Shown: positions 45,494 to 47,068 of the stretch, piece after piece
How the letters are laid out: the number at the start of each line of letters is the position of its first letter
How positions within the stretch are numbered: the stretch's first letter is position 1
Assembly: GCA_023255625.1 (NCBI GenBank)
Contig: JAHFLF010000001.1
Location: 357,120 to 404,187 of the forward strand
Source of the DNA: Candidatus Harrisonbacteria bacterium
Lineage (GTDB): Bacteria; Patescibacteriota; Minisyncoccia; UBA6257; 1-14-0-10-44-23
Reading direction: 5' to 3'
DNA length: 47,068 bases
Made by a program: the position numbers and the translations under genes
The notes under the pieces: model-generated
Database searches by the model: none
What the model was told of the DNA's origin: nothing
The model's input: only the letters and a program-made list of their open reading frames with translations

Positions 45494-46114
45494 ATGGGTT
45501 CCCCGACTCTTCAGACATTGGGCCTCTTGTTCCCCCCGGAGATCACGGACGAGCGGCTCGTCCGGTTGCACTCCTCTGGTGCGTTCGCCAGAGTGCTCGT
45601 CCATCCGGACTACGATGCTCTCGCCGCCGATCTGGCCGGTGAGGGTGGCGAGCCCCTGATCCGTCGCGCTCGGCGGCTCACCGTGGAGACGTGCGGTCCG
45701 AAGCTGAATGCGCCCTTCAGTGGGGCGCGGATCCTGACCGATGTCTACGGCGAGGGTGAGGGTTCTTTCGACCTCACCACGGTCGAGCCGTTCCATCTCG
45801 ACACATCGCTCCGGCTCGGTCCTGCTCTCGAGGCCGCGATGCCTCGGCGCACCAAGATCTCCATGGGTGCGCGGCGCAAGCGGTGGTTCGTGAAGAACGC
45901 GAACGCCCGCACGCTGCCGGAGCCCCAGCAGGCCCTGGCCGACCAGTGGCGCAAGGAGAAGAAGTTCATCTTCTTCGGCGACTCGAGCTGGGAGGTCAAG
46001 GACGACAACGAGTACTTCGAGTACGCGTACGACGACGGCAGGCAGTGGGACGACCGCTGCAGCTGGTCCGACGACGGTGTGGACGGCCTCTACTGCGTCC
46101 TCTCCGGCAAGTAG
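45494..46114 (+). CDS. DGR target (variable) protein; C-terminal VR probably in a CLec-type fold
   Basis: AAGGAG-7 nt-ATG 45494; last 41 codons are the VR; GC-rich codon usage. Confidence 0.88.
   Translation: MGSPTLQTLGLLFPPEITDERLVRLHSSGAFARVLVHPDYDALAADLAGEGGEPLIRRARRLTVETCGPKLNAPFSGARILTDVYGEGEGSFDLTTVEPFHLDTSLRLGPALEAAMPRRTKISMGARRKRWFVKNANARTLPEPQQALADQWRKEKKFIFFGDSSWEVKDDNEYFEYAYDDGRQWDDRCSWSDDGVDGLYCVLSGK
45988..46110 (+). repeat. DGR variable repeat (VR)
   Basis: 123-bp ungapped match to 46542-46664 with 13 mismatches, all opposite TR adenines. Confidence 0.95.
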
Positions 46115-46120
46115 GCCCCT

Positions 46121-46221
46121 GGCGATCAGGGTATCTGGCGGTTTTCGGACCGCTGGATCCCTGGTCGCTTGGTTCTCGCATTTCGACCCCGACGGCTCCG
46201 CCTCGGGGTCGTCGCTTTTTT
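46121..46221 (+). promoter_or_regulatory. Two stem-loops downstream of VR (DGR cis element candidate and intrinsic terminator)
   Basis: Hairpin 46121-46169 with a TTCG loop; cgaccccga..tcggggtcg (46184-46211) followed by T6. Confidence 0.75.
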
Positions 46222-46541
46222 GATATATAATTATCTATGGATAGTAGGTGGACAACACGCGGTTTCGTTTGGCAAGGCAGGTTTACCCGCCTTTGGCGGG
46301 CGGGGCTTCGTGTGGCCGAATTCTAGAATCTGTTTGTGCAGAGTTGCAGCGGGTTAGATCGTCAGATCCAGGTAAACTTTCTGCGAGCGTCGCGAACAAC
46401 ATTCTTATACATAACATTATTACTTGGTGCACCGCGCTAGCGCATTATAGATGCGGCATACGATTCAATCCGAAGAATCCGCCAGCTGGCGGATCAACGG
46501 GTGGTGGCTGTTACAGCGCCTTGGATGGCGCAGTGCACATT

Positions 46542-46664
46542 CTGGGAGGACAAGGACGACAACGAGTACTTCGAGTACGCGTACGACGACGGCAAGCAGT
46601 GGAACGACAACTACAACTGGTCCGACAACGATGTGGACAGCAACTACTGCATCCTCTCCGGCAA
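46542..46664 (+). ncRNA. DGR template repeat (TR)
   Basis: AAC/GAC/TAC-rich; 38 adenines, none at third codon positions in the VR frame. Confidence 0.93.
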
Positions 46665-46665
46665 C

Positions 46666-47068
46666 TCATTGGTTATGTGGGCTGCGCTGCGCGTTTCCTT
46701 TTTGCGTTTGGGTGCGCGCAGAATCTTGCTCAACTCTTTTCAACCAACCGCCGAGCATTTTTCCAATTTCATTGAATTTTTCCGAAAGCAGCGCATACTG
46801 TTTATGTCCGAGATCTCCGGTTTCCCAAAGGATCATTAAGAAGAATTTCAGCGTATCGAATTTGGTGTTTGCTTTTTGCAGTGCCGGAAGTTTTTGTTCT
46901 TTTCTAAGATATTGCGCGATAAACATTAATTCCATTGTTTCTATAAACAAAGAATCTATTTTTTCGCCAAGTGTATACTTCGATGGTTTCTTAATATGGA
47001 TAATAATCTCGTGCCACAGTTTGTAAGCGCTAATCAAATGTTGCAAAATACTCAAGTTGCCGTGGGGG
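46666..47068 (-). CDS. avd: Avd-like accessory protein (four-helix bundle), 5' end probably beyond window
   Basis: KYTLGEKID..LKFFLMILWE..QYALLSEKFNEIGKMLGGWLK resembles Avd-family proteins; adjacent to TR; frame open to the window edge (PHGN-LSILQ). Confidence 0.8.
   Translation of the reverse strand, partial: PHGNLSILQHLISAYKLWHEIIIHIKKPSKYTLGEKIDSLFIETMELMFIAQYLRKEQKLPALQKANTKFDTLKFFLMILWETGDLGHKQYALLSEKFNEIGKMLGGWLKRVEQDSARTQTQKGNAQRSPHNQ

Noticed and set aside
46248-47026. + strand ORFs 46248..46775, 46451..47026 and 46501..46839
   Set aside because: They are explained by the stop-free TR and the antisense shadow of avd; no independent protein signal.
1-47068. Alternative genetic code (UGA=Gly, as in Gracilibacteria/SR1)
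   Set aside because: All conserved genes read full-length in code 11, and TGA terminates virB4 and ruvC at expected positions.

Overview
This is a chromosomal segment spanning the replication origin (yidC-rnpA-rpmH <- -> dnaA-oriC-dnaN). Gene content points to Patescibacteria/CPR (Parcubacteria-like): rpsO-NYN-pnp order, shortened YebC and PcrA, a VirB4/PrgI/VirB6/pilin cluster, few Shine-Dalgarno sites, and code 11. Two systems stand out. (1) A diversity-generating retroelement lies at the right end. The target gene's 123-bp VR (45988-46110) differs from a TR (46542-46664) at 13 positions, all TR adenines. Hairpins follow VR, and an Avd-like gene lies on the opposite strand, convergent with TR. 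No RT is in the window. (2) At least 7 families of degenerate low-complexity inverted-repeat 'junction hairpins' occur about 20 times. They sit precisely between stop and start codons, often supply the stop codon, and invade coding sequences in frame. In three cases they enclose a cargo gene (two four-helix-bundle proteins, one GxxExxY nuclease-like protein) inserted in the T4SS-like operon. Product calls rest on motif recognition by eye; no database searches were run.
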